Positions 1 through 11,399 of a stretch of DNA of 64,000 nucleotides are shown here, one piece after another. Every line of letters begins with the position of its first letter. Positions within the stretch are counted from its first letter, which is position 1. The stretch is from contig MU008150.1 in the NCBI GenBank assembly GCA_010909165.1, positions 1 to 64,000 of the forward strand, in the 5' to 3' direction. Under the pieces are notes generated by a model. That model had not been told where the DNA came from. It was given only the letters and a program-made list of their open reading frames with translations, and ran no database searches. The position numbers were made by a program, and so were the translations under genes. The DNA is from Anthoceros angustus. Lineage: Eukaryota > Plantae > Anthocerotophyta.

Positions 1-2749
1 GGTGTGTGTGAAGGGTGACCGCGATCCGCGGCTTCGTCCCGGAGCCGCGGTCCCACACCCAACCTGACCGGAATGCGGAGCTGGAGGAACCCGGGAGGGT
101 GTAGAGCCTGACGAGAGGCCCTATGGAACGACGAGAGGTCCCGGATCAAGCAGAACCGCGCGCTTTTTCTAAGATCAAGAGTGTAGCGGAGAGAGAGGAA
201 AGGACTCGGATGCGAAGGATGTATGGAACCATAATGACGCCAACGGGTCTCAAACGCTTGGCACATACCGGCCCTGTCACGGTGAACGTTAGCTAGGTGT
301 GTAGTATGTGTATGTGAGTTGGGACCGAACGTAGCGCCAAGGACTAAGAATCACCACAACGCAGTGGCAAACTTGGTATCATTATCCCTTGGGAGCGGAC
401 TTCTTCCACTAACGACGACGGGATTATGCAGGCGTCAGCCCGCCGGGCGAACAAAAGTCCGTCAGTGGCCGACACAAGCCAGCGCCGGCCTCCTCTCTCC
501 CCTGCATGGCCTCCTATTTGGTTCGACCAGGCCAAGGAGGAACCCCATACATGCAGCGGCCACGCCCTTCCACTCCCCCGTCCGCTGGCGTAATGCCCTT
601 CCCCGCCTGCCAAGGGCGCCGGCCGGCCACGCCTTCAGCCCCCTCCTCCTTGCAAACCCTATGAACCGCTTAGGGTCTCAAGGCGCAACTCGGCGAAGTC
701 TGGGACAGGGCGCCACGCCTGACCGCCTCTCCGCCTCAGAGGGCTCACATACATCCATGGAATTTGCACAACATATTCCATAACAGCCTGATCTCCTCTT
801 CACCGTGCATCCAATACACATCGTCATCATCCGAATGGCCTAACATGTCCGGATCGCCCGTCTTCATCGATGGACCAAGCTCGCTTCCACCGATGTCTCA
901 TCATCCTCCATTTCCCGCTCGCTATCCGAGAATAGACATAGCCGCCTATGTGCTAAAACGCTTTGTGAGCTCAGCAGAGACAGTAATGAAACTTTTGCCC
1001 ATCTGCCTCAGCAAACCAACATGGATGGACAAGATAAGCCACACCAGATGCACATTACTTAGCCGTAAACCCAAGAACATGCCACCCAAATGCACTCACC
1101 GATGTCTCTTGCCGGCCTCGAATAACTCGATCAAGCGTGAAGGTGCACATTTCTTAAAGATCAACCGCAAATGTCACGTGGAACAATCAGAGGCTCGGGT
1201 TTGGATGCAATGTCGTGAAGTCTTGCGGCTTCCTCACCACAAGGAGTTGTGCTTCAGCCGCCACCGGTCATGTCCAATGTTGCCCAAATCACCCCACCCC
1301 CGCCGCTCACGATTAGGCAAAGCATCTTTGTATCCCACCACCCACAACTTGAACAGAGGTGTCCAAACGCATCCTCGCCCCTCCGGTTCCTCTTCCCCGC
1401 AAATCATCCAATTCTTCTCAACAACGCGACACATACCGCCACCTCCTCACAAATGCATAGTCTCCTCGAGTTGAAGGCGATTGAATCGAATCGCATCGGC
1501 GCCGCACACTTCTCTCTTCATCACCCCACCTACGCCTCGTGGTGCTTGCCTTTCCCGAGTTGTGGTCAGTGAGCCTCCCACCACTCGCCTCCGCCGTGGG
1601 GAATTCGCCCGATTTGCGAGGTTGCTCATCTCGCCGCCCGGATGCACTCGCCTTGTGGCGCACTAGGCCGCACCACATCCTCTGTGTCGCCGTCCGCTTT
1701 CGCTTCCTCTCCCTTCTTCGCTTGGGCAAAGGGAGGTCCTGCTCGTGCTCAAAGGCATTCTTCTCCTTCCCGCTACGCCGATGCCATCTCCCGATTCCAG
1801 CGATCGCTCACCGTCCGCCGCAAATGTAACGAGTAGCGGGTTAAGGGAGACAATGCGAGACAGCGGCCCCTCCTTGCGATCAAGCACACACCTCGATCAC
1901 AGGCGCACACACACGGAGGCGCGGGCGCAACTTCCGAGAGTGAACAAGTGGAAATGAATTCGACTCAAGGGCCCCCCGCCGAGATTAAGTTGGCTCTCTT
2001 TTCGTATTAGGGCTTGCGGTTTTATAGGCATAAGGGTGATATATGTGATATAAGGCATAGGTATATTTGTCCCGATTGATATCCGGTGTATTTGCATCGG
2101 ATCGTAAACCACATCCAGGATTCCCTTTGCCATGTGCGATATTAAACACCGATGTCGTGGCGGCCGCGAAAGGCTATTGACGCCGCACACAATCCCGATT
2201 CGTGTGCTCATACATCTTTGTTCTATAAGGCGGACATTGGGGACCTCCGCAGTAGCTTTCTTCAACGCGCGGTCGCTATTGTTCCATTGTCTGCGGCGTT
2301 CTCCATAGCGCCTATTCCCCGCCGAGTTGTAGCCCTTGATGTTACAGCGACGCACACCGAAGACGAAGAGGTCTCATTACCCGTGTCATTGAAATGCACA
2401 TGTGCACGCCATTCAATCCATACACGCTAACGGTTGGGTGTTTGGGTGGAGAAGAAGCGAGATGGCGGCGCCCACCACAATCGAGGCGCACACTTCCATA
2501 TATGGCATCCGGACAACCCATCCAGCCGGCAATGTTGGTGGAATCGCACCCACCTGGAGGTAAGGTTAGGCGTTTGGGTTTCATTGGCATATGTTTTCCC
2601 CAACTTTTCTCATCACCGTGGTGGGAACCATGCATGTAGGTAAAAGGAGTGGAGGTGGAATTCCACTTTTGAAGCCGGTGGTATCGCCAACTATCCTCGT
2701 GCCACCGACCACAACCTTAACTTATATGCAATTAGGAGAAGTCCTTCCG

Positions 2750-5500
2750 TGGAAGATATGGGGAACGACCATGTAGCGGACCCAGACAAAATGGCGGAAC
2801 CCAATCGCGAAGACGAGGATTGTTCCTCCACGACGGAGATCATGAGGCGAAGCATTGCACCATGAAGATGAGGGCAGCGATGTCTTCCGTATGACACGAT
2901 CGTGGGGAATTCCCTCCGCTATTACATTCCAAGCAAAACCTTTGAGCGATTCATTGCGGAAATCGCGTGGAAGATGCATGCGAGGAGGAGGGCTTCCGGC
3001 GTGCCTTTGCGAAGAAGTGATGTGGCATCTGGAGAGTTTTAAGCCATGCGCAATCAAATGTGTGTTCGAAATTGACAAAAGAAAAATTCCAAGAACATCG
3101 GTATAGGTTCCTACGCATGGGACGTCAAGAGCGAGACACACCTTGAGTCCTTAAAGGTGGTAAGTGATGGCGGAGTTCATACAAAGGTTCAACCCCACCT
3201 TGTTGGTGCGACATCTGAGATGTTGCCTCGAGCATTTAGGCGGGTTTTACGTATTGGTCATGTTTATAGAAGAGCGGTGCGTGCAGCAACTCGCCGTGGG
3301 ATAACCGAGACCAAATCCATCACAATCGCCGATCATCACGGGATGCACTTGCGTGGATGGACAACGTTTTCATGTCCATGGCGGAGCGGCTCCCCAGCAG
3401 TATACAATCTTCCGGACACGCATAACGGCCGGAGCTATGGGCCCGGTACAAGCGACAATGTGAGCGGTCACAAACAAGGGCTATGACATATGCACGGTTT
3501 CTAAGGCTCGAAGGTGCACTTCAGTGTTAAGATACCTAAGTCCAACAGTTTTCTACTGCGATATGCGCAGGTTAAAGGCAACCATTGAACACTTTTCAAA
3601 GGTGGATCAAGGTATGGCATCCCTTCCCACCATTCCCTTCCCTATTTCGCTGTTGTGGCGTTGATGTCAAGATAGCCATAGTTGGGAGAGCGCGCCGCCG
3701 GCCGGCGCCTCCCAACTATGGCTATCTTGACATCACCGATAGTGTGCGCGCAAGGAATGGTTTAAGGGAGGAGGCGGCCGACGGCGCCTCCTCCCCACGG
3801 AGAGAGGAGAGGGAGGGTTTAGAGGGAGGAGGCGGCGCCCTCCTCCCTTCGGAAGTTGATTGTACCAGCATGGGCGGCTTGTAGATGCTAAAGAAATGTA
3901 CATTGTTTGGTGCAGAGAAATATCAACATGCGCTTGAGGCACATCGCGAGCGGTTATCAGCAGAGCGTGCCAAAATGGCCAAACACCGGACGAAAAGCTA
4001 CGTTGAGCCCCACAAGTACATGTTACTCGCTATTGATGGGATGGACCAAAAGAAAACGGAGATCCCACATTTTTACGGTGGCCAAAGAATTTAAGTGAGG
4101 AGTGCCGCATAGCTGTACATGTGGTGGGCTGCATGGTTCATAACTATACATACAAAGCGACAGCATATTTGCACTATGCAAACCTTCGGAACGATGCAAA
4201 CCTGACGATATGCATCATCCAAGATGTTCTGCACAATTATGAAGGGATATTGCCTAAAGTCTTGTACTTGCAGTTGGACAATACTTGTCGAGAGAACAAA
4301 AATCAACTTCTTTTTGCATATCTGAATATGTTAGTAGATATGGGTACATTTCAGAAGGTGAAGGTGGGCTTTCTGCTAGTGGGGCACACACACGACCAGA
4401 TTGACCAGATGTTTTCACGGTTTTCTGAAAGCCTGAAACACAAGGAAGCGCACACATTGCACGCGCTATCTGATATTCTCGGAAAAGCATACACACCAAC
4501 TCCGGCAGTGAAAATTCTCACCGAGGTCCCGGACTTCAGGTCATATGTGTGGCCCATCAAGAGGAGATGGTCGGCTGTCGTACACAGCTGCAGTCCGGAA
4601 ACTGAATAACCTTTCGTTCCAACACCAGTTTAAGATAACACGGGAGGACAAGGCGGAGCGAGGTCTAGTCACGGTTATTCGAAGCAAGCAATATTCGACA
4701 TCTCCGCTATGGGAGGCGAAGGAGGCTTGGAGTTCTTGAAGTTCGTCTGCCTAATGACATCACAGATCACCTCTCCTAGCACGCGTCTAGGGACAAAAGG
4801 CTCACTTCCGGGTTTAAAGGCAACAGAGGTGTGGCCCATCTTAAAGAAGGGCTCTCGGCTTGCGTGCATATATTGCAGCAGATGAACATTTGTGGTGGGA
4901 GGCCTTCAGGAGGACCAGCATGAGATTGCGGTTATCGTGGAGAACAACATTGGCTGGCGCTCAAAAGCCACGGAAATGGTTTTCTAGGTCGGACGTTGAA
5001 GATCTGACCTTTGCGCTTACCAAATGAAAGCCTTACGAAGCATTATTGAGGGAGCTTCCACGGCGTGATATGTACTTGGGGCTTACCGCAAGTGGCTCGA
5101 CGAGCAAGAAATGGAGCGATCGAATGGCGATGTGGTGAGATTGGAAATGGAATGTTCATCGCAATTCCATGCTCGAGACACGCACAATGAGACCTTTTGG
5201 ATCGGAAGAGTGGTGGAAGTGAAACATGATGCTTTCCGTCCGAGTCTAATGGTCCACTGCACAGTGACGGAACATCTTGGCGCTTTCGAAGGCGATATGT
5301 TGAGGAGTACATCGTCCATGGACAAGGGCCCAAGCATCGGGAGAAGTCATCAAGGCAAGGGTCAAAGACCGTGTTCCCCAAAAACATACAAGAGATTTAC
5401 ATCAATGATACGAATATTGTACTATGGTTTCAACCTTACTACGGAAGCATTTATACGCCAACGACAAAAGGGCTATAAAGGAGAAGCTAAGCGAGATCTG
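2750..5500 (+). mobile_element. Decayed DDE-type DNA transposase pseudogene (Sola-like / DUF7869-like); boundaries approximate, termini not identified
   Basis: Frameshifted ORFs 3885-4094 (LLAIDGMDQKKTEIPHF) and 4121-4609 (VLYLQLDNTCRENKNQ...FLLVGHTHDQIDQMFS) carry the D..DNxxxxNKN..GHTHxxxD pattern of this family. Upstream pieces (CLCEEVMW..CAIKC; AFRRVLRIG; AWMDNVFMSMAERLP) fit an N-terminal region. Many stops and frameshifts. Confidence 0.6.
3620..3850. repeat. ~220-bp GC-rich foldback insertion with three hairpins, flanked by a TCCCTTC direct repeat
   Basis: Perfect 26-bp inverted repeat 3663-3688/3709-3734 (GATGTCAAGATAGCCATAGTTGGGAG). 11-bp IR 3766-3776/3785-3795. 8-bp IR 3824-3831/3840-3847. 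TCCCTTC at 3620-3626 and 3844-3850. Confidence 0.8.
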
Positions 5501-6336
5501 GCTTGATTGAACGGCCGGTGAAGGCGTGTCGGACAATAGCGATGAGGAGGAGGCGGATATTGACAACATGGATGATGTTGATGGAAACGTAATCGGAAGA
5601 ACCCTAGGCGAACATGACTTGACATTGTCTTTGTTTATGGTTGTTGTTCTAGAAGGGAATAATAAAAACGTACATACATCCATGACCGGCGACTCCTTTC
5701 TTGTCTTTTCGTTTTCATATGGTACACCACACTAGTGGTCATGTCATGTCGCAACAACACTAAACAAAAGGCTTCGATAATTGTGTTTCGATTGAAACCA
5801 CGGTTGGAAGTTTGACAAGCGGCAAAGCGGCGCGAATCTCACCTTAATGCCGTGATTGCGACTATCAATCGCCGGGTGGGTACAACGTCGCCGCTGATGT
5901 AAGCGCCGGCCGGCGCCTACCCTAGTAATGACGCCCATAAAATGTGAAAGTTGCATATATAGGGATGATTTCTACCACCCTTTCCGTGTCATACCCTCTC
6001 AAGTTTCACAGTGCGGCGGGACATGATGCATAGGGTTTGAGGCCCACCATGGTGTCAAATTCTAGAATGACCAACTCTTTGTTCGATTGACCTGACCGGG
6101 AAGTTAATGGGCTCTATTTCGACACTTCCACGGTGTCGCCTTTCCTAATACCATGCACACACCAGGCGGGTCCATGAAACCGATGCTTCGGGTGCACACC
6201 CTACTTTCGCAGAATTGAAGCCTGTGATCACGATTCCCAACCCATTGGAAACCCCCTTTGGTGTATATTGTACAGAAAACCCCCTTCCTGTATATTCACC
6301 CCCTTGCAACTTTATCGTGTTTACAAGCCATGCCAA

Positions 6337-6532
6337 TATTCCTTGTCCCAATAACATGCAAGCTTCTAGGGTTTGAGCCTGTGTCAAGTCTAGATCATTA
6401 AGGCCATGGAAATTTCACAGAGATTTACTCTTGGCTCGTCAAGCGTTGAATTGGAACGCTGCATCCCATATGTACGTGATTTCATAGAAGATTCTCAATG
6501 CTCGCGATGAAGTCTCAATGACCGCGGTTTGA
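6337..6532 (+). pseudogene. Remnant of last intron and last exon of the BAG-domain gene
   Basis: 6450-6532 (LERCIPYVRD...EVSMTAV*, frameshifted) aligns by eye with 13306-13392 (ALERCIPDVCD...EVLMTAS*). 6337-6405 matches intron sequence at 13070-13280. Confidence 0.75.
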
Positions 6533-6960
6533 AGAGCAATGTTATGTTCATTTCGTATGTTTATAGAACAATCTCGTACATTGTTCATCATGTCCAACTC
6601 CTCCTGCGTTAAAGGAATCTCAAGCTCAAAATACCCTGAACCGAATGGGAGATTTGATTGCACCCCTTGAACCGAACGGAAGATTTGACGGACCCATCTA
6701 TGTACCGAACCTCCTGAACGGAATGGGGTGAGTGCGTCTCTGTCTCTCCTATTTGATTAAAATTCTAACGAGTTGAAATTAGAATTGATTCTTAAAATTA
6801 GTTATTATTGATTCCTAAAATTAGAACTCACTCCGTAAAATAGAGTAAATGGAAAAACAGAAGTGATTACGTAATAACGTAGGTTAGAAACTCCTCGGTA
6901 CTTCCTACCACTAAAGTTCAAGGACATCAATTTCCTCCTAATTGGCCTTCGCCGTCCGTG

Positions 6961-7265
6961 CTCTATCTCCTAGAAACAACAGTCCTTGGCCTTCGGGGTT
7001 CCTACCTACTCTATCTCGTATAAACAACAGTCCTTGGCCTTCGAAGTTCTTGCTCTATCTCCTAAAAACAATAGTCCTTGGCCTTCGGGGTTCCTACTCA
7101 ATCTCATAAATGCAACATGTTGTCTTGGGCCTTCGAAGTTCCTACTCTATCTCCTAAAAACAATAGTCCTTGGCCTTCGGGGTTCCTACTCTATCTCCCA
7201 AAAACAACAGTCCTTGGCCTTCGAAGTTTCTACTCTATCTCCAAAAAACAATAGTCCTTGGCCTT
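6961..7265. repeat. 44-bp minisatellite, about 7 units, alternating two variants
   Basis: Unit CTCTATCTCCTAAAAACAATAGTCCTTGGCCTTCGGGGTTCCTA starts at 6961, 7009, 7053, 7097, 7145, 7189, 7233. The core alternates CTTCGGGGTT / CTTCGAAGTT. Confidence 0.95.
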
Positions 7266-7535
7266 TGGTCACCCTAACCTCTGGCGCTGGCTATATATGC
7301 TAAGTATTCCTCTACTAAACACCTAAAACTAGGTGCCTACCCTCCTGCTGCTGGACCAGAAACGTCTAAGTCCCCAAAGGTCTCCTACCATTAGGCTAAA
7401 AACTCTAAGTATCCTACCTTCTACCAAGTTCTTCCAACGGACGCGTCTTGAGACGCGGTCTAGGTGTGAAAGCTCTATTCGATAGGCAGACCAAATTAAT
7501 ATAAACCTATCAAAATACAATATAATTGTATATCC

Positions 7536-9120
7536 ATGGGGATCACGGATCCTATTTCCACTGCAGGCCCCTCAGAGGAGGACATAAAACAAACAAAGGA
7601 GCTGGAAAGCTATTTGGGCTCTGCGGGAGTGTACGAGAGTGAAGAGGAAGCTGCTAGGAGGGTGGATGTATTGGGACAACTAGATTATATAGTGAAGCTT
7701 TGGGTGAAGGATGTCGCTAGACATAATGGCTTTGGTGAGGAGGTACCGGTGGTAAAATATGCCAATGCAACGATCCTCTGCTTCGGTTCATATCGTCTTG
7801 GAGTGCATGGACCTAGAGATGATATTGACATCTTATGTGTGGGCCCCTCTTTTGTTACGCACAACGACTTTTTTGGTCACTTGGTTCACATGCTAAGTGA
7901 GCTGGACGAAGTGACCGATCTCAACCCCATTCCGGATGCATTTGTACCTATTATAAACTTAAAGTTCAACAACGTTTCTATCGACCTTCTTTATGCCAGG
8001 TTTCATGAAAGTATCGTGCCTGAAAACTTGGATATATGTGAGGAATCTATATTGAGAGACATAGACGAGGTGAGCAGAAGAAGTCTCAATGGCTGTCGGG
8101 TGACAGATTCTATCTTCAAATACATTTCAAATATCCAAAACTACCGCACAACTCTCCCATTAGTATTATAGGAGGCGTGGCGTGTATTCTAATAAGATGG
8201 GGTTTTTAGGAGGGGTGAATTGCGCGCTGCTAGTGGCCCATATATGCCAGCTTTATCCCAATGCTTTGCCGAATAAACTAATCGCTCGTTTTTTTTTCTG
8301 CCTCTCTCAATGGAAATGGCCGAGTCCTATTATGCTCTGCCCTATTGAGCACGGCACACTAGGTCTTCGTGTATGGGATGCACGGAAGAACCATAAGGAT
8401 AGAGCTGACGTGATGCCCATAATCACTCCGTCTTACCCTTATATGAATTCTAGCTATTCCGTTTCAATAAGTACTTTGCATGTTATGATCGAAGAATTCA
8501 AGCGCGGCAATGAAATTTGTGGGGGCCTGGACATGACCATACCCACAGACTGGGAGAAGCTGTTTAAGCCTTCAGCGTTCTTTGAAGCTTACAAACAATA
8601 CCTACAAATTGATATATCGACAAAGGACGCAAATGATTTGAAACCATGGAAAGGATGGGTCGAGTCTCGATTGAGGCACCTCATTCTGAACCTTGAGAGG
8701 TCTTCATGTGGAGAACTTCAATGTCATCCACATCCCCATGTATTGGTGGATGAATCAAAGAAAGGGAAGCACTCATCATTTTTTATAGGTCTTCGGCTGA
8801 AAGAGGGTGTTCCGAAGAAAGTCAAGAGCTTCAATATATCTGCGACGGTTGACGAGTTCAAGCAAATAGCTACCAATCAGTATTTGATGTGGAAGGACGG
8901 AACGCATATTGCCGTGTCTCATGCTAAGACGAGACATCTTCCTAAATATATATTTCCGGAGGGAGTTCGATCACCTCGTCCTCCAAGTTCAAGGTTGTTA
9001 GGCCGAGGTCGTAGGAGAGTAGCAGAAGATCTTGAAAGTAAACAGGCTAAGAAGAATTGCAGTGCTGCGATGTTCAACACGGATAGCCGGATGGATGTAA
9101 ATAGCTACATTTATACATGA
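7536..9120 (+). pseudogene. PAPS: Intronless nuclear-type poly(A) polymerase, copy 1, frameshifted
   Basis: ORFs 7536-8171 and 8182-9120 give FGSYRLGVHGPRDDID, SIDLLYA, GFLGGVN, WKGWVESRLR. At ~8157-8170 a 14-nt segment replaces the 22 nt present in copy 2, causing a frameshift and TAG. Confidence 0.9.
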
Positions 9121-9274
9121 AGTTTGTTTTGTTATGGTGATTCGATTGAATATTTATGATCCTTACATGAAATTTGTAGGCTATCCTCACTTGTTGTAAA
9201 TGATATTACTCAATATAATAAAATATAAAAAACTGATTCTATGTTTTTCCTTTAAGTTTTGGATTTTATGAACT

Positions 9275-9480
9275 AGACTAGTGCTTAAATGGCACTTAGG
9301 GCACAGACTGAGTTAGTTGTGGTGCTTGTCGGCGTCCAATTTGGGCACGGAAGTCTTTGCCCGGTGGTCTAAGTGGGGATTGGCCAAGTTGGTTCCAGGT
9401 AGCCTACGAGTCCGCGTGCAAGCTAGCAAGTACATAACCTGGGCGCAAAGCCGTTCTGGATATGTGGAGTTCGGATCCAT
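9275..9480 (+). repeat. Paralogous upstream segment of the BAG gene (copy after PAP1)
   Basis: Aligns with 17450-17640 (GGCAC..AGGG.CA.AGAC.GAG...GGGCACGGAAGTCTTTG) and partly with 11270-11320. Confidence 0.75.
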
Positions 9481-9685
9481 CGATAGCTAAAATATTATGT
9501 ATGCTCAAATGGAGAGTTAAATCATTAAGTTCAAATCAAGAGTTAAAACCATAAAGATAGCTAAAAACATCATGTTAAAATTGAAAGCTAAAGTATTAGG
9601 TTAGACTAAATCCAATCCACTGCTTCCAATGTTCCCGATCACCTATTTATCCCATTTTTTTCGGCACCTAACTTCCATGTCATGC

Positions 9686-10123
9686 AAGGAGGCCAGCAAC
9701 TTCCTCAATGAAGTAGAGACAACAACTGATGGAAAAGCTTGAAAAGCATTTTAAGTACTTTGCTAATTCTGCCAGGTTTTAATATCACCACTAATGCTTG
9801 AAATTTGATTACTATATTGATTCCCTACTAGGTTATGGGCTCATTGACTAATCAATGAAGCTGTGCAGTTGCCATTGCCTGTAAACGGTTCATGGTTTTC
9901 CAGGTTGTATGCATGCACCTTTGGCGGGTAGACGCCGTAATGCTTCTGATTCGTAGCTCGTGACGCAAGTGCAACTGGAGATTGATGTTGGCTATCGAGG
10001 TCAATTTCTATGAACGCTGGCTCAACGTTGGCCTACGAATGCTCCTCTGTCTCAGTCGGGATACACATTGGATTTTTCAACTAGCGAGTAACTAAAAGCT
10101 TCGGTGCGTCTTTAAGGTGAATG
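9686..10123 (+). pseudogene. Decayed internal exons and introns of the BAG-domain gene
   Basis: Colinear with 12525-12972: KEASNFLNEVETTTDGKA* vs EEAGNFLKEAGTATEEKLEK, and GTGACGCAAGTGCAACTGGAGATTGATG vs CTGACGCAAGTGCAACTGGAGATTGATG. Confidence 0.8.
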
Positions 10124-11399
10124 TCACGACCTGGAATTTCTACATTCAGATCAATCAGACTTTGAGTTTCAAGAATGGCTGCCCCTTTTCTCTTACGAAC
10201 CAGTCTTATACATTTGTGGTGGTGCGGGCCAACAAAGGTACCAACCAACTACCTTTGGTGAACAGAAATAAGTTTTGTAGTTAAACTACATAGGATATTT
10301 CAGCTAATTACTCGAATTACCTAGATTACTTCTATTTTCAAATTACACGAAATAGTGGTATACGTCAAAATATATTCAAATTTTATCCAAATTTAAGATT
10401 GGGCAGAAGAAATAAAATGCTTGCTTGATTGTGCAACGCTTCGACCCTGGTTACGGCACATAAATCCGTTTCAAGATTAGAACGGTTCGAGCAACCTGAC
10501 TACCTATGGGGGGAGCATATACTGACAGGGCATGTTTGTGCCACTTTGTGGCCACGTTGGTCGGATCCCCACATGGCTGTAGGCCGGAGAGGGGAACCCG
10601 CTTACAGGCAGCCTACCTTTTTTTTCGACCGCGGTCTTAACCGCACCGAAGGAGGAAAGCTCGAGCTTACCTATCCCGATAGTTGCCCGAATCTCGTATG
10701 CAGTTTGACACAGCTTTGACCATGACAGCAGCCTATCGGGCTAAGGTTACCAGAGGCCATGCAGCTTTGTGCTTGTTTCTCACCGAGTCGCTTGGAAGTT
10801 GGACTTGCCAGCACATCCAACGTCGGTTCGAACTCGCCCAAATATGCAGCTTGCCGCAAGTTATATAGCCTCCCCGGCCTAGGTTACCTCAGGGTATGGC
10901 CAACACATGTATCGCTCATGTGTCAACCAGCTCCGAATCCCATGGTACTAGGGTTGCCTTTCACCACCAGAGGCTTGCCATGTTCGAGTGGAAGCGAAGA
11001 ATCAAGCATCCAGGATCCAAAACTGCGAGGACATGATTTCAAGCCAACAAGGACTATCATAGCACAGATTTCCAGCGTCTGCCGTTTCCGGAGTTCACAG
11101 AGGAAAACGATGGACTCCTGTTCATTCACTGGAACTTCCGGATAAGCATCTGGAGCGGCTACATTCAAGTGCCAAGCCAAGAACCGACTGCAGAACAGCC
11201 TTCCGGACGAGATCCGCGTGGTCGTTGCCGCTAATCCTAATCCACCCACCGCTCTCGAGCCCTGATGAGAACCGGCTAAGTCCGCAGTTCCGGGTAGCCT
11301 ACCCCGGTGTAACCCAACGGGCACGGGGTCCCACCCCGAGGCCGCTCTTGCACCAGCAGCAGGCTGCAGCCTGTTGTTGCCGTCAAAGACGACCCCAGC

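Noticed and set aside
372-385. TGGTATCA as a tRNA-Met primer-binding site
   Set aside because: Only 8 nt match, and no gag/pol or paired LTR is recognisable downstream.
6030-6066. Similarity to 63970-64000 as related transposon termini
   Set aside because: Short and gapped; could be chance and cannot be tested within the window.
6145-6387. GGEYTGRGF as a copia integrase fragment
   Set aside because: Lacks the surrounding D,D35E motifs.
6439-6663. Paired minus-strand ORFs (QSNLPF...) here and at 13418-13747, first read as a small divergent gene
   Set aside because: They are the antisense of the BAG last exon and 3' region, plus the 22-bp array.
6961-7265. Regularly spaced repeats as a CRISPR array
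   Set aside because: No unique spacers, no cas genes, eukaryotic context. The same applies to 13567-13808.
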